Assembly (NCBI GenBank): GCA_034780895.1
Contig: JAUZTB010000057.1
Location: 26,599,030 to 26,663,029, forward strand
Length of the DNA: 64,000 nucleotides
Origin: Rhynchobatus australiae
Taxonomy: Eukaryota
Reading direction: 5' to 3'
Numbering within the stretch: position 1 is the first letter of the stretch; each line of letters starts with the position of its first letter. A program made the translations under genes and the position numbers. The notes under the pieces are model-generated. The model was not told where the DNA came from and searched no databases. It saw only the letters and a program-made list of their open reading frames with translations. Of the stretch, positions 51,494 through 63,275 are shown in pieces.

Positions 51494-54400
51494 CTTCTTA
51501 ACATCCACTGTTGACGACAATCCATGCTTTGAAATCTCTGTGCCCCGGCTTTGAACTCTGTCAGTTGAGTAGCTCCTTCTTCCTCCATGATTCTTGTGAT
51601 CTGCTGATGTGCCTTCCTGGTTCATTAACAGCCTATCGACTGCTTTTTGTGTCTTCTTGTGAATTTCAAAAGGCCTTGACATCTTAACCTCTGAAAGAGA
51701 ATGTTGTGGCTCTTTAGGATGATCCCTTACTATTCGAGGAGAATTCTGGCCAGAATGTTCTCCACGGCCTATTGGTCTGGTTTCCACTTTTACGTGTTGT
51801 TCATCATCAACTGACATCTCAATATACTTTTCTTTCTCCAATACAACATATGAAGAACCATAAAGAGGCCTTCTTGAACTAGCCAAGTCATCCAAGATGC
51901 TGGGTTTGGCATCCACGTAATGACCTTCCAATGATTGGTTTGAATAGTCCATCGCCACAGGAGTTACAAACCTTGCCTCTTCACCCCAGTCCTTCCTGTG
52001 GCTTGGCATTATCTCCCTCTGATCATCTTTTCTAGATTTTCCTCTGTCTCTGCCAGCATCAGTTTTTTGTCCATCTACAAGAAGCTCAGACTGTTGCAAT
52101 TCACTGCACCCTGTATAGGCTGAAGATGGTCGGCTTTTCCTTTTTTCACGCTTGTGCCGTCTGATTACATTGGCCACTGAGCTGGTGTCACCATCCATTT
52201 CTCTGCTTCTTTCACCCTCTGACTTCTGGCTAGTTGAATAAACCTCATATTCACTGTAGAATGAGGATGGTCTGCTTTTCTTCTCTTCTTTGGAGCGTCT
52301 TTTCAAATCAGTGTATGTACCATCATAAACATCTCTTTTAAATTCTGCATCATGATATTTCTTGAGTTGATCATTTCTCCCAGAGGTCTTTCCTTCTTCA
52401 GAAAAAGGTGATAAGGGATTTTCTATTTTCACAACAGGAGATATGCCACTGATTGGTTTTGAACCAGATATCTTTTGGAGAATATCTGCAGGTCTTGATG
52501 GTTCTTTTGAGTAATCAGCCATCAAAGCATCTAGGTCAAGGATATTGTGATGCAAAGCCTTTTTATTACGCTTATCAGAAGTACCTTTCCTTTNNNNNNN
52601 NNNNNNNNNNNNNNNNNNNNNNNNNNNNNNNNNNNNNNNNNNNNNNNNNNNNNNNNNNNNNNNNNNNNNNNNNNNNNNNNNNNNNNNNNNNNNTACCTGA
52701 AGGGGATGATTTTTCAAGTTCTGTATCAGCAGATATTGTCAACTTTGGGGTTCTGTGTTCTTCATAATCTTTTTGAAGAGTTTTGGAAAGATAGCTATCC
52801 TTTTTATTGTCATAATGAAAAATCTTTGACTCTTCTTCAACTTTTCTTTCGGAACTTTCTTTTCTGTATTCTGCCATCAAAACATCGAGGTCTAATACAC
52901 TGTGGCTTTTATGTTGCAAACTGCTCCTGGTCTTTCTTGACTTCTCAACATCTGCTGTTTTAGATTTTTTCACCGTTGGTGTTGCATGGGTTTCCTCTGC
53001 ATTATCCATTCTACTTGTCCACGGCCTGGAAAGAAACTCTTCAGACAACAAAGTTGATTTGGGCTTTTCTGTGGTGGAAATTTTGGAATAACCTTTGGAG
53101 TACTCTTCAAAGAGACCGTCCAACTTTCTACCAGCTGAAATGTATCTGTGTTTTTGGTAGCTAGCCTCAGTTGAAGAATCAGACACTTGATCAGCTGCAG
53201 AGTTGGCTCCTGAAGAAACCACCTTGCTTTTCTCATTCCTTCCTGCCTTTGGAATTTTCTTCCAACATANNNNNNNNNNNNNNNNNNNNNNNNNNNNNNN
53301 NNNNNNNNNNNNNNNNNNNNNNNNNNNNNNNNNNNNNNNNNNNNNNNNNNNNNNNNNNNNNNNNNNNNNTCCAACATAACTCTAAAGTTGTGTCATCTTC
53401 AAACCAATGTTTAGTTTCCTTCCCTGCCTCAGTATCATCCTTACTCTTCAGATCTTTCATATCCTTGGATCCAGCAGAGGGCAGCAGCTCCCGAGTGGCT
53501 GAATCATCGTATTTTCTCAAGTCAAAATATCGAGAGCTGCCTTTTGAAACAACTGCGTCTGAGTTACTGAAAGAACTATGCCGAGTCACTTTCACCTGTT
53601 TCTTTCCAACTATATCTGAGCCCAGTATTGCTGAGTTTAGCACCTTTTCACGAGGTTGCGGAATTTGAACAGTGTTCAGCATGTCAGCTCCTTTGATCTT
53701 AGAATTTGGTGCAGTTGAGGGTGTCTCTAATGAAGAGGTGATCTCAGTTGGATGTGGCTGATTCCAGCGTCTCCTTAAACTGCAAACTTTTTCTTCAAGT
53801 TTTATTTGATTAGCCATAACATGCGACTTCCTCGTGCTCTGTGTCTCAGCCTTGACTTCAGATGTTGCAGGAAGTGAGGAACTAACTGCTTTTTCACTTA
53901 CTTTTTGCAAGACGTCAACCTCACCATCACTTGCAGATAACAGCAAACTGGAAACATTCTGTTCTGCAATTTTTGAGGAAGAATGCCCAGAATCAGTCTT
54001 TTCTTTCCCCTCTAAAGAGGTAGTTTCAAGCTGCAGAGATTTTGTTTGCTTGGTCTCTTGTTCACTATACGTTACGTCAACTGCTGCTTTCACTGCTGTG
54101 TAACTCTTCAATCTGGACTGTGAAGTTTGTTCTGGTCTTTTCTCTTTATCAAAGCAGGGATTTACGGAGTCAGAGGAACCATTCAACTCAACTAAATCTG
54201 CTACCTTATGGCGTTGGATCTCATTATNNNNNNNNNNNNNNNNNAGAGATTTTACAAGTGAGTCAGAGTCCAGTGGTTCAGGGACACTTTTCCGCCCATC
54301 TGAACTTTGGGAACCAGTTTTGCTCATTGAGGCAACATTATCAGGTGCAATGGTCTCATTTACTTGGGCCTTCATCTCCTCCTTCCTGCCAAAACTGCTT

Positions 54401-54540
54401 CGCCTGCTAATTTTCTCAGAGCAGGTCTTCTCATCTGTGGTCCCTTTAACCAAACCTTTGCTCATTTTCTTCATTGATTTATGCCTGCTCCAACTAAATT
54501 CGGTGTCAGCCTCCATCAGGTGCAATCGGCCTTTTTCTGC
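51494..54540 (-). CDS. KIAA1671: KIAA1671 large coding exon 3 (~2.8 kb after gap collapse)
   Basis: tgtatttcag|GCA GAA AAA ... GTT AAG AAG|gtaagt. Three long Ser/Lys/Glu-rich ORFs (53233-54525, 52575-53222, 51452-52717) are separated only by N gaps. Includes EEKVCSLRRR, SVLDLDVLMAEY and RRSYS, similar to recalled human EEKAVTLRS, SVLDIDALMAEY and KRAYS. Confidence 0.9.
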
Positions 54541-56153
54541 CTGAAATACATATAGAGATCAAGAAAAGAACTGGNNNNNNNNNNTGATGCTGTCTGATGC
54601 TTTCCCATAGGCATTTGATAAGATTACACAGTACAGATTTTCGAGAGCTGATGAAACTAGAAGAAACCTTTGAGTTTAGACAATAAAGTGGTGAGAAATG
54701 TAGAGTAAAGATGCTGGCTATCTTGTTAAGGAGGAGTTGTGTCTCCCAGGGATCACAAGCGTTTAGTTATATAAATGCTCTGATGAAGGACCACCTAAAA
54801 AAATCTAGCTAATAATGTGTATGGGAAAGAAAAAATATAGAAGGATGTTGAGAATGATGTTGGGAAAAAGCTGTGTCACATGGAAGCCAACATAAGAAAA
54901 TGAGAAGTTATCCACAAATGAACAAAAAACTTTGATCAGTCCACTTTCTAAATGATGAGTGCAATGAATGAACAAAGGGATTTCCATTTAACTCGCTCAC
55001 AAGACGTGTACAGGACAAAATACGGAGCCCATCCTCAAATGCCCTTGCTGCAGTGTTTGTGGCTCCAACAACAATGAGGATCAAGTAATCTATTTCCAGC
55101 TCAGGAAGGCACGTAATTTGTAAGGGAACATGTGGGTGGAGTCCTTTCCAAGTATTGCTGATCTTGTTCAAAACAGATAGGAAAGGCAAAGAGGAATTAA
55201 TTCTGCTGAAGGAGGAAACTGGAGCAAAAGAAAAGGGTTATATTTAGAACACTCTGAATGACATGATTCTAAATGATTTAATTAGGCTACTCAACTGTCA
55301 ACGAGCATCACAGCAACCTATTCACCTCCACACCCAATATTTATTATACGCACTGCCTATCTGAGCTCTCCAGATTCTTATCTGGCAAAAAAATATCTTT
55401 CCCATCCTTGCCTAGAGGCATCATGACCAATTCAGTGCTTGAACCATCACCCTGACAGTTAACACATCACAGACTATCAATGAAATTTAGACCTTTTTGA
55501 TATGGTACTTCATTCCCACATTAGGTGTCGACTCCAACAAGTGATCTCTTAGACCTGTAATTAACAGATACTGAAAACAAATAAAGATGAGAAGTGAATT
55601 CATGATAAAACACGGAAAACCCACCTGTAACATCACATCTATGACTATCCAAGTTATGAGAAATTTTTTGGTGATGAATTCAACTAAGTCTTCAAATTAA
55701 ATATACAGAGTTAATTACCCATATATGTTTAGGAACAGTAAGATCTACTATTTAAATTATGACTTTCAATGATTCAGAAGGTGACAAATACTTGGTTCTG
55801 TTGCAATTGCTTCCCTCATAAACATGAAAAATTTTTTGTGATGACGAAGCAATTGATTTTCCTGTTGTGTGTCATGCTTCAAGGTCTATGGATTCAACCT
55901 GATCTGATACTAAGAACACTCACTGCCACTGCTGCTGGGCATTCAGGAAATTTTCAGTTCTATTGGCAAGTTCACTGAGGCCATCTTGGCTGGGGATGAA
56001 TCTAAATTGCTGTAATCTGCAAATAAATTTGGGCAGGGCTGTATCAATATACCATCCAGACATCAAACTCAAGATTTTATTGCCTTACTGACACAGAGCT
56101 GGGTTTACTTTGGAGTCACAGTCAAATGAAAAGCACAATGTACAAGTCATTAC

Positions 56154-56307
56154 CAGGTCTCTTTCAATGTCTTTTCCTTTTCCCAGGCTTTCCCTCCCTC
56201 TCTGTTCTTGAGTGTTCTGCATATATGAGCGTTCTGGAGATGAAAAGACAGTCATATCCACCTGCTTCTCAAAGCGACCTTCGTCACCAACTCCTCGAGC
56301 CTCAAAC
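56154..56307 (-). CDS. KIAA1671: KIAA1671 coding exon 2 (154 bp, phase 2 to 0)
   Basis: gtttttccaatag|G TTT GAG ... GAC CTG|gtaatg. Open frame (L)FEARGVGDEGRFEKQVDMTVFSSPERSYMQNTQEQRGRESLGKGKDIERDL, with phases that bridge exons 1 and 3 exactly. Gives TKLF at the junction, as recalled for human. Confidence 0.85.
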
Positions 56308-56574
56308 CTATTGGAAAAACGTTCAGGCCATCATGAATCAAACAAACTTAAACGAAGAGATTTATCTGTAAGGCAATAGCCCTTGGAAATAAGAAGCTAA
56401 AGAGCTTTTGCTCAATAACTGAGAGAAATGGCCAACACAGAATTTCTGGTAAAGCAGAATCCGTGCTATTGTTGAGGAAAAAAAAGTACATTTTTCACAG
56501 TTTTCTTTTAACTACCAGGGTTTGGAGGCACAAGATTGGCACAAAATGTGACAATCTCAGTAATTGGACATATT

Positions 56575-57545
56575 CTGGATCTGGATGAAGTAATTGATGA
56601 CATTGTGGCCAAGTTTGCCGATGATACCAAGGTATCAAGAACCGTAGGAGGCGAGAGGTATTATTGCAGCTATGTAGGACCCTGGTCAGACCCCACTGTG
56701 CTCAGTTCTGGTCATTTCACTACAGGAAGAATGTGGAAGCCATGGAAAGGGTACAGAGGAGATTTACAAGGTTGCTGCCTGGAATGCAGAGCATGCCTTA
56801 TGAAAGCAGGTTGAGGGAACTCGGCCTTTTCTCCTTGGAGAGACAGAGGATGAGGGGGGACCTGANNNNNNNNNNNNNNNNNNNNNNNNNNNNNNNNNNN
56901 NNNNNNNNNNNNNNNNNNNNNNNNNNNNNNNNNNNNNNNNNNNNNNNNNNNNNNNNNNNNNNNNNNNNNNNNNNNNNNNNNNNNNNNNNNNNNNNNNNNN
57001 NNNNNNNNNNNNNNNNNNNNNNNNNNNNNNNNNNNNNNNNNNNNNNNNNNNNNNNNNNNNNNNNNNNNNNNNNNNNNNNNNNNNNNNNNNNNNNNNNNNN
57101 NNNNNNNNNNNNNNNNNNNNNNNNNNNNNNNNNNNNNNNNNNNNNNNNNNNNNNNNNNNNNNNNNNNNNNNNNNNNNNNNNNNNNNNNNNNNNNNNNNNN
57201 NNNNNNNNNNNNNNNNNNNNNNNNNNNNNNNNNNNNNNNNNNNNNNNNNNNNNNNNNNNNNNNNNNNNNNNNNNNNNNNNNNNNNNNNNNNNNNNNNNNN
57301 NNNNNNNNNNNNNNNNNNNNNNNNNNNNNNNNNNNNNNNNNNNNNNNNNNNNNNNNNNNNNNNNNNNNNNNNNNNNNNNNNNNNAAGGCAGAGATTGATA
57401 GGTTATTGATTGGTAAGGAGGTTAAGGGTTACAGGGAAAAAGCAGGAGAATGGGGTTGAGAAAAAAAAAATCAGCCATGAGCAGTGGAGCAGTCTCAATG
57501 GGCCGAGTGACCTAATTCTGCTCCTATATCTTATGGTTTTGTATG
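56575..57545 (+). mobile_element. CR1 LINE 3' part (internally deleted, gapped)
   Basis: Translates VAKFADDTKV, then LCRTLVRPH..QFWSFHYRKNVEAMERVQRRFTRLLPG...RQRMRGDL. Tail: tcagccatga...ctaattctgctcctatatcttatgg. Confidence 0.85.
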
Positions 57546-58999
57546 TTTGCAACTCACATTTCTCAATACACAAAACCTCTGCTCTACAACATGCTGTTAT
57601 AAGAATAGGCTAAGAGTGAATAAAGGCAGGAATATTCTAGTTACTACCACACCAATCTGAGTGCTTACTTGTACATAAGAGTAACTAGGTACTGTTGTAA
57701 CATGGAAGGTTACTGCTGAGCAAGTCTGAACATGAGGAAAAACTACTGACAAGGAAACTCGATAAAAGGTCATTTAGAAAAAGTGAGGGAAAGCAGCAGA
57801 ATGAGTGACTTAGAGGAAGTCAGTAACGTGTATATGTGTGACTCAGTAATGATCTATCCTATTTGCTTTGTTGAGACACAATAACCAAAATGAGGTATCT
57901 AGTGTAGGATCTGAAGGGTATCCAAGTTTGAAGAGCACTTGACTATACATATTTGTGTTCCACATACAACTTCCCTTCATATCAAGTATAACGATGGGAA
58001 AATAAGAAAACTGGCATCATCTAAGACTTAATTCAAATTTATAGTTAATAATTAATTATACACTGGCACAAGAGACTGTGCAAATTGATTATAGGGGGTA
58101 GTTATCCAAAAGAACATGGGAGGGGGTATTGGTTATTCAAATGGTATTAAATATGCCAATTCAATGAGTAAAGGCATTCCTTCACCCATACAAATGATTC
58201 AACAACCACGGCCAGAATTTTATGTAGACAAATGTTCACCCAATAGACTGTTATACAGATAATAAAAAGTGATAATTATTACACAACACTGGCTACAATG
58301 CAACAGCTCTGCCAGTTGCTTGGAGTGAAATAACATTTTGTATCTCACAGAAACCACTGGAGACATCTACCCACACCCTAAAGACAGGCTTAAAAGCTGT
58401 CATGAAACTGACGGACAAAATCAGCACCAACTGGGTTACCATTTTATCTGAAGTGTTGTTGAAAACAAACAATACCTGTAAAGACCAATGAGTCACAGTC
58501 CACTTCAACTCGTGTTAGCTGGAAGGTCCCCAAAATCCCCATTAGCACCAGGACCATTTTCTCCAAAACCTCTGACAAACCTTGGACTCCTCCCTGCTGC
58601 AGGCAGCAGAGGAACTTTGAGTTACTCATCTCAACACTTCCAGCTGGTTATAAGATGAGAAATATAATTTTGAATAGAGTGCCTGGAAGCCTGGTGGGGA
58701 AGATCCTGATGGTTAAACTGAGAAAGACCAATCTGAAACAGGCCATTCAAGACACTTGGCCTTGGAGACACAGGTAAACAACACGTGGAAGGCATAAAGG
58801 AAAATGTATGTGGCAATGAGAGAGGTCTGATACCTCCCACTAATTTAAAAATAAATAAATAGCATTACGGAACCAGAAAGAGAAAGTCACCAGTACATTC
58901 CAAATAAGTGTTCATAGGGCTGGAATAATGTGCTGAAGTAATAGAACATAATGACTTGTGCTTTCAGGTGCTATCTATTGTTGTTAAATGCAAGGGACG

Positions 59000-59350
59000 T
59001 TGGTGACGCAGGTGAAGTTATCAGACTGGTAACTCAGAGGCCTGGACTAACAATCTAGAGACCTGACTTCAAATCCCACCATGGGACCTGAGAAACCAAA
59101 AATCAGTTAATAATCGGGAATATAAAAAGAACAGTCAACAGTAACAATTGTAGTTAAAGTCCATCAAGTTCACTAATGCCCTACAGGGAAAGAAATATGC
59201 CATCTTATGTATAAAAGGTCTATGTATACAGGCCCCAGTCAGGCCAATGTATACGTGTGAGTCCAGACCCACCAGTATGGTTGGCTCATCAATGCCCTCT
59301 GAAATGGCCCAGTGAGTGCATGTGCAATAAATGCTGACCCTGCCTAAAAT
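59000..59350 (+). mobile_element. tRNA-derived SINE (second family; related copy at ~46060-46330)
   Basis: B-box-like cttcaaatcccaccatgg, then gttcactaatgccctacagggaaagaaatatgccatctt...gtgagtccagacccaccagtatggttggctc..aatgccctctgaaatggccc. Confidence 0.55.
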
Positions 59351-59811
59351 GTATCTATAAATAAAACTTGGNNNNNNNNNNNNNNNNNNNNNNNNNNNNN
59401 NNNNNNNNNNNNNNNNNNNNNNNNNNNNNNNNNNNNNNNNNNNNNNNNNNNNNNNNNNNNNNNNNNNNNNNCGTGGACATGTCAATAATTATCGAGGGAA
59501 TTATTCGTGCCTAATAGAAAGAAAACAGAGAATGACGAAGAGCTGCTTGTAAAATGGAAATCAATGGCTTTGAAAGAATGTGAGAAATCAAGTTTGACAG
59601 AATAGTTGGGAACAGGAGTCATGGGAGGGATGAAAGGAGTAAATAGGAGGGATGTGGAAACATGATAACCAAATGAAGGAATTGCTTCAAAGATGGTTGG
59701 CAAAAGCAAATTAGTCAGGGTCAGCTGAAGGGAGCTTCAGAACATGTTGCTGTCTGCCAATAAGTTGTTAAAGAACCATGCAGGTATTTAAGATATATTA
59801 AGTGGGTAAAC

Positions 59812-60805
59812 AAGAACACAGAACAGTACAGCACAGTACAGGTCCTTCGGCCCACGATGTTGTGCCAACCTATATAAACCTACTCCACGATCAATCTAAA
59901 CTTTCCCTCCTACACAGCTCATAACCCTCCATTTTTCTTACATCCATGTGCTTATCTAAGAGTTTCTTAAATGTCCCCATTGTATCAGCGTCTACCACCA
60001 CCCCCAGAGTGCATTCCAGGCAAGTTTCCATGGATCCCATGCCTCATGACTTTCTGGATAAGCCTACCAAGGGGAACCTTGTCAAATGCCTTACTAAAGT
60101 CCATATACACCACACCCACTGCTCTACCTTGATCAATTTGGTTTGTCACCTCCTCACAAAACTCAATTAAGCTAGTGAGGCACACACCTGCCCCTCACAA
60201 AACCATGCTGTCTATNNNNNNNNNNNNNNNNNNNNNNNNNNNNNNNNNNNNNNNNNNNNNNNNNNNNNNNNNNNNNNNNNNNNNNNNNNNNNNNNNNNNN
60301 NNNNNNNNNNNNNNNACCTGCCCCTCACAAAACCATGCTGTCTATCCCTAATAAGTCGATGCTTCTCCAAATGCTCATAAATCCTGTCCTTAAGAATCCT
60401 CTCCAAAAGCTTGCCTACTACTGAGGCAAGACTCATTGGTCTCTAATTCCCAAGATTATCTCTTGTTACCTTTTGTGAACAATGAAACAACATTGGCCAT
60501 TCTCCAATCCTCTGGTACCTATCCTCTGGCCAGGAAGGACACAAAGATCATCATCAACGCCCCAGCAATCTCTTCCCTTGTTTCCTGTAATAACCTGGGG
60601 TATATCCCATCCGGTCCCGGGAACTTATCTATCCTAACGTTTCTCAGAAGCTCCAACACTGCCTCTTTCTTAACCTCGACATACACATTAGTTTGTTCTA
60701 TGCTGACCTCACATTCATCTAAGTCCCCCTCCCTGGTGAACACTGAAGCAAAGTGTTCATTAAGGACCTCCCCTACCTCCTTCGCCTCCAGGCACATTTC
60801 CCCCT
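59812..60805 (-). mobile_element. CR1 LINE with a large internal deletion
   Basis: Translates EVLNEHFASVFTRE...DKFPGPDGIYPRLLQE...VGKLLERILKDRIYEHLE...QHGFVRGR.CLTSLIEF...VYMDFSKAFDKVP, fused at ~60020 to the CR1 3' UTR. Confidence 0.88.
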
Positions 60806-61213
60806 TTATCCCCAGGTTATGCAGAATCAAAATCTTGCTGTGCCAGCAGAGAAGTTACAGTGATGAAATCATTATACAAGGTAACTGGGCAAAAGAAAGC
60901 CAATGGAGAGAACAAGGGACTTGTTCTTGGGCATAACTCACTGCTGGAGTTTCTGGTGTAAACCTTGAAGGATATCTGAATCTGAATAGTGCACATCTGC
61001 ACTTGATTGTATGTTTCCTGGATAATTTCTCTTCACTCTGAACTTAATAGAGAAGAAATACTTGGCGCTAAGATTCAACTCTGTAATTAGCAATTAATTC
61101 AACGTGCAGATATCAAGATCCTGAAAACAACTGAATGACATGGGATGCATTTTTAAAAAATTCACATTTGTACCTGTTTAACACCAAAGACCAAAAACTA
61201 AAATTCAACATAC

Positions 61214-63214
61214 AGTTTTGTTATATCTGAAGAGAGAGGTCTCGGCTGGAAAAGTCGCCTTTGGGAACTCTGGATTTGTTCTTTGTTCTCTGAAGTAAAG
61301 CTTTGGATTTGCTGCTTAACACATATGTTTATCTTTTCCTTCTCAACAGTTGTCTGTGGACTGTCTGCCTTTACCGTGCTGATACTGGCAGAATCTAACA
61401 GGAGGCTGATGCGTCTCTTAATTATCCCACCAGAAATTGGCGTTCTGCTTCCTTTTCGCCCTCGATCATCCGAACCTAAACAGGAATTTTCATCGTTTGA
61501 TGCTGGCTCCAGATTAGAACAATTTTTATCCAATTCCCTGTCTGTCAAATTTTTATGTTGTTCCTGGTCACTTTCTAATTTCTCCTTTTTATTTTTTAAT
61601 GAGGTAGTGAACGTTCTTTCTTCCTTTTCCTCCTTTCTGGGTCCTGAAATGGTTTTATTGGCATTATTATAAACATTTTGCCACAGTGTTTTGCTTTCTG
61701 ATGAACTAGTTTCTTCTTTATTATCTGTCTTGACATCTTTTTTACTGACATCCATCTTTGGAATGCTATTAAACGTTTCTTTAACCACAAAATAACTCCT
61801 TCCCCTGTTTTCACAGTCATCGGGAGAAGTTGGAGACCTGGATTGCTCTCTTTCTGCTGCTGATTCTTCTGGTTGAAGTGGTGTCTTGTGTTCAGTCCCT
61901 GAGAACAAAGCACCAGCTGCTTGTATAATGGGGACATTTTCTTTGCTCTCCTCTGATAGGCAACTATTTCTCTTGTAAACTGTGGACCTTGCTGGTTCAA
62001 ATCTGGCTGTTAGGTCCATTGACACAGGCCTGGGTTTTTTAAGCCAAGGTTTTTCAGAAATAGAAGCATTTTCATCATGTTTTACAGTGGTTTCTGATTT
62101 TTGGTCATTTGTAGCTCCAGAAAGCCAAGCAGATAATGGTCTGGATTTCCTTACATGGGCCCTGTGAGAAACTGGGCTCTCAACAACATCCTTTTCCTTA
62201 TCTGTTTTGTCTTTGTCTTCTTCTGCAGTGTGATCCCACTTTCCTAAAGGATCCAAAGAAAGCAACGTAGGATTTGATACCCTAATCCCTTCAGTGGCAT
62301 TTGGGCTGCACTTCCTCANNNNNNNNNNNNNNNNNNNNNNNNNNNNNNNNNNNNNNNNNNNNNNNNNNNNNNNNNNNNNNNNNNNNNNNNNNNNNNNNNN
62401 NNNNNNNNNNNNNNNNNNTCCTCAACTGAATGGATGGCTTAGGCAATGTAAAAGGTCTTGTGGTCCTTTGCATCTCTTGATCCTGTGAACTATCCATGCT
62501 TGTCCATTTCTCTGCTTTATGATCCTCTTCACTGGACTTCTTAGATTTTAATGTCTCTGTAGAAGTTTCCAAAATAACCAATGTAGTTGGTTTCGCTTTG
62601 GAACAGTCTCTATCCTCTTCTGTCATTCTTTCCAAACTCAAGACTACATTTGAAGAGGAGGCTGCAACATTGTGAAGTTTTGGTGTCAAAGGCAAATCAA
62701 GCACGTTTTCATCACCCTGAGAATCACCCGTCGCAATTGAACTGGTACCATCCGATCCTAATGAAGAACTTGGAGCAGAAGACAATACTGACGAAGCAGC
62801 CCCAGTTGATGCTTGCGTGGCCTCTGTGCGCCTGAAGTTTGCTTCCTCATCACCTGTGGCTGTCGGCAGCTTCCCTGATGGAGTTACACTCTTGGGCTCT
62901 GTTGCTGCAAGTGATCCTTGTGTGATCCCAAGTGATGAGAATGGCACAGAAGCCTTTTCCGCAGAAAATGGTCTTGGAAAAGCTCTTGGTTTTGGTGCTA
63001 TTAGAGTCTTGGTTACTGAACCCAAATTATAATTCAGTTTGCCGTCATCAAATATATGAGAAGTTGGAGTTGTTGATTCAAGGGCTTTATTGCTTGCATC
63101 TGAAAGAGGGCTTACACGAGGCCAGGGAGTCTTTGTTTCACTGACAATATTATTTACATCGCTCAAAGTATTCTTTTGGGGTGGGATAGGCTTCCCCTCC
63201 ACCCATGTTGCCAT
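61214..63214 (-). CDS. KIAA1671: KIAA1671 orthologue, first coding exon
   Basis: Starts MATWVEG (human, from recall: MATRVEVG) and contains APKPRAFPRPFS, TLVILET, RKSRPLSAW, EKPWLKKPRPVSMDLTARFE, IKRRISL and RRLFQPRPLSSDITKL, which match recalled human KIAA1671 motifs in order. Ends CT|GTATGT (phase 2). ORFs 62291-63214 and 61198-62265 join in frame when the 62319-62418 gap is collapsed on its TCCTCA overlap. Confidence 0.93.
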
Positions 63215-63275
63215 GACAAGCCTTCTATTTTAAACATTCACCATCCTGCATGACTCAACACTCTGGAGTCTTGCC
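63215..63275 (-). other. KIAA1671: 5' UTR portion of the first coding exon, preceded by a splice acceptor
   Basis: Minus strand reads ttaattttctctctctctctcgtag|GGCAAG: a (CT)n polypyrimidine tract and AG at 63277-63276. This implies non-coding exon(s) further upstream. Confidence 0.7.

Noticed and set aside
54780-54800. CTGATGAAGG as another hammerhead core
   Set aside because: There is no helix II or GAAA partner. It falls in a decayed CR1 RT segment (YIN.LDEG-like).
53171-63144. Plus-strand ORFs overlapping the KIAA1671 exons
   Set aside because: These are antisense shadows of the Ser/Lys/Glu-rich coding strand.
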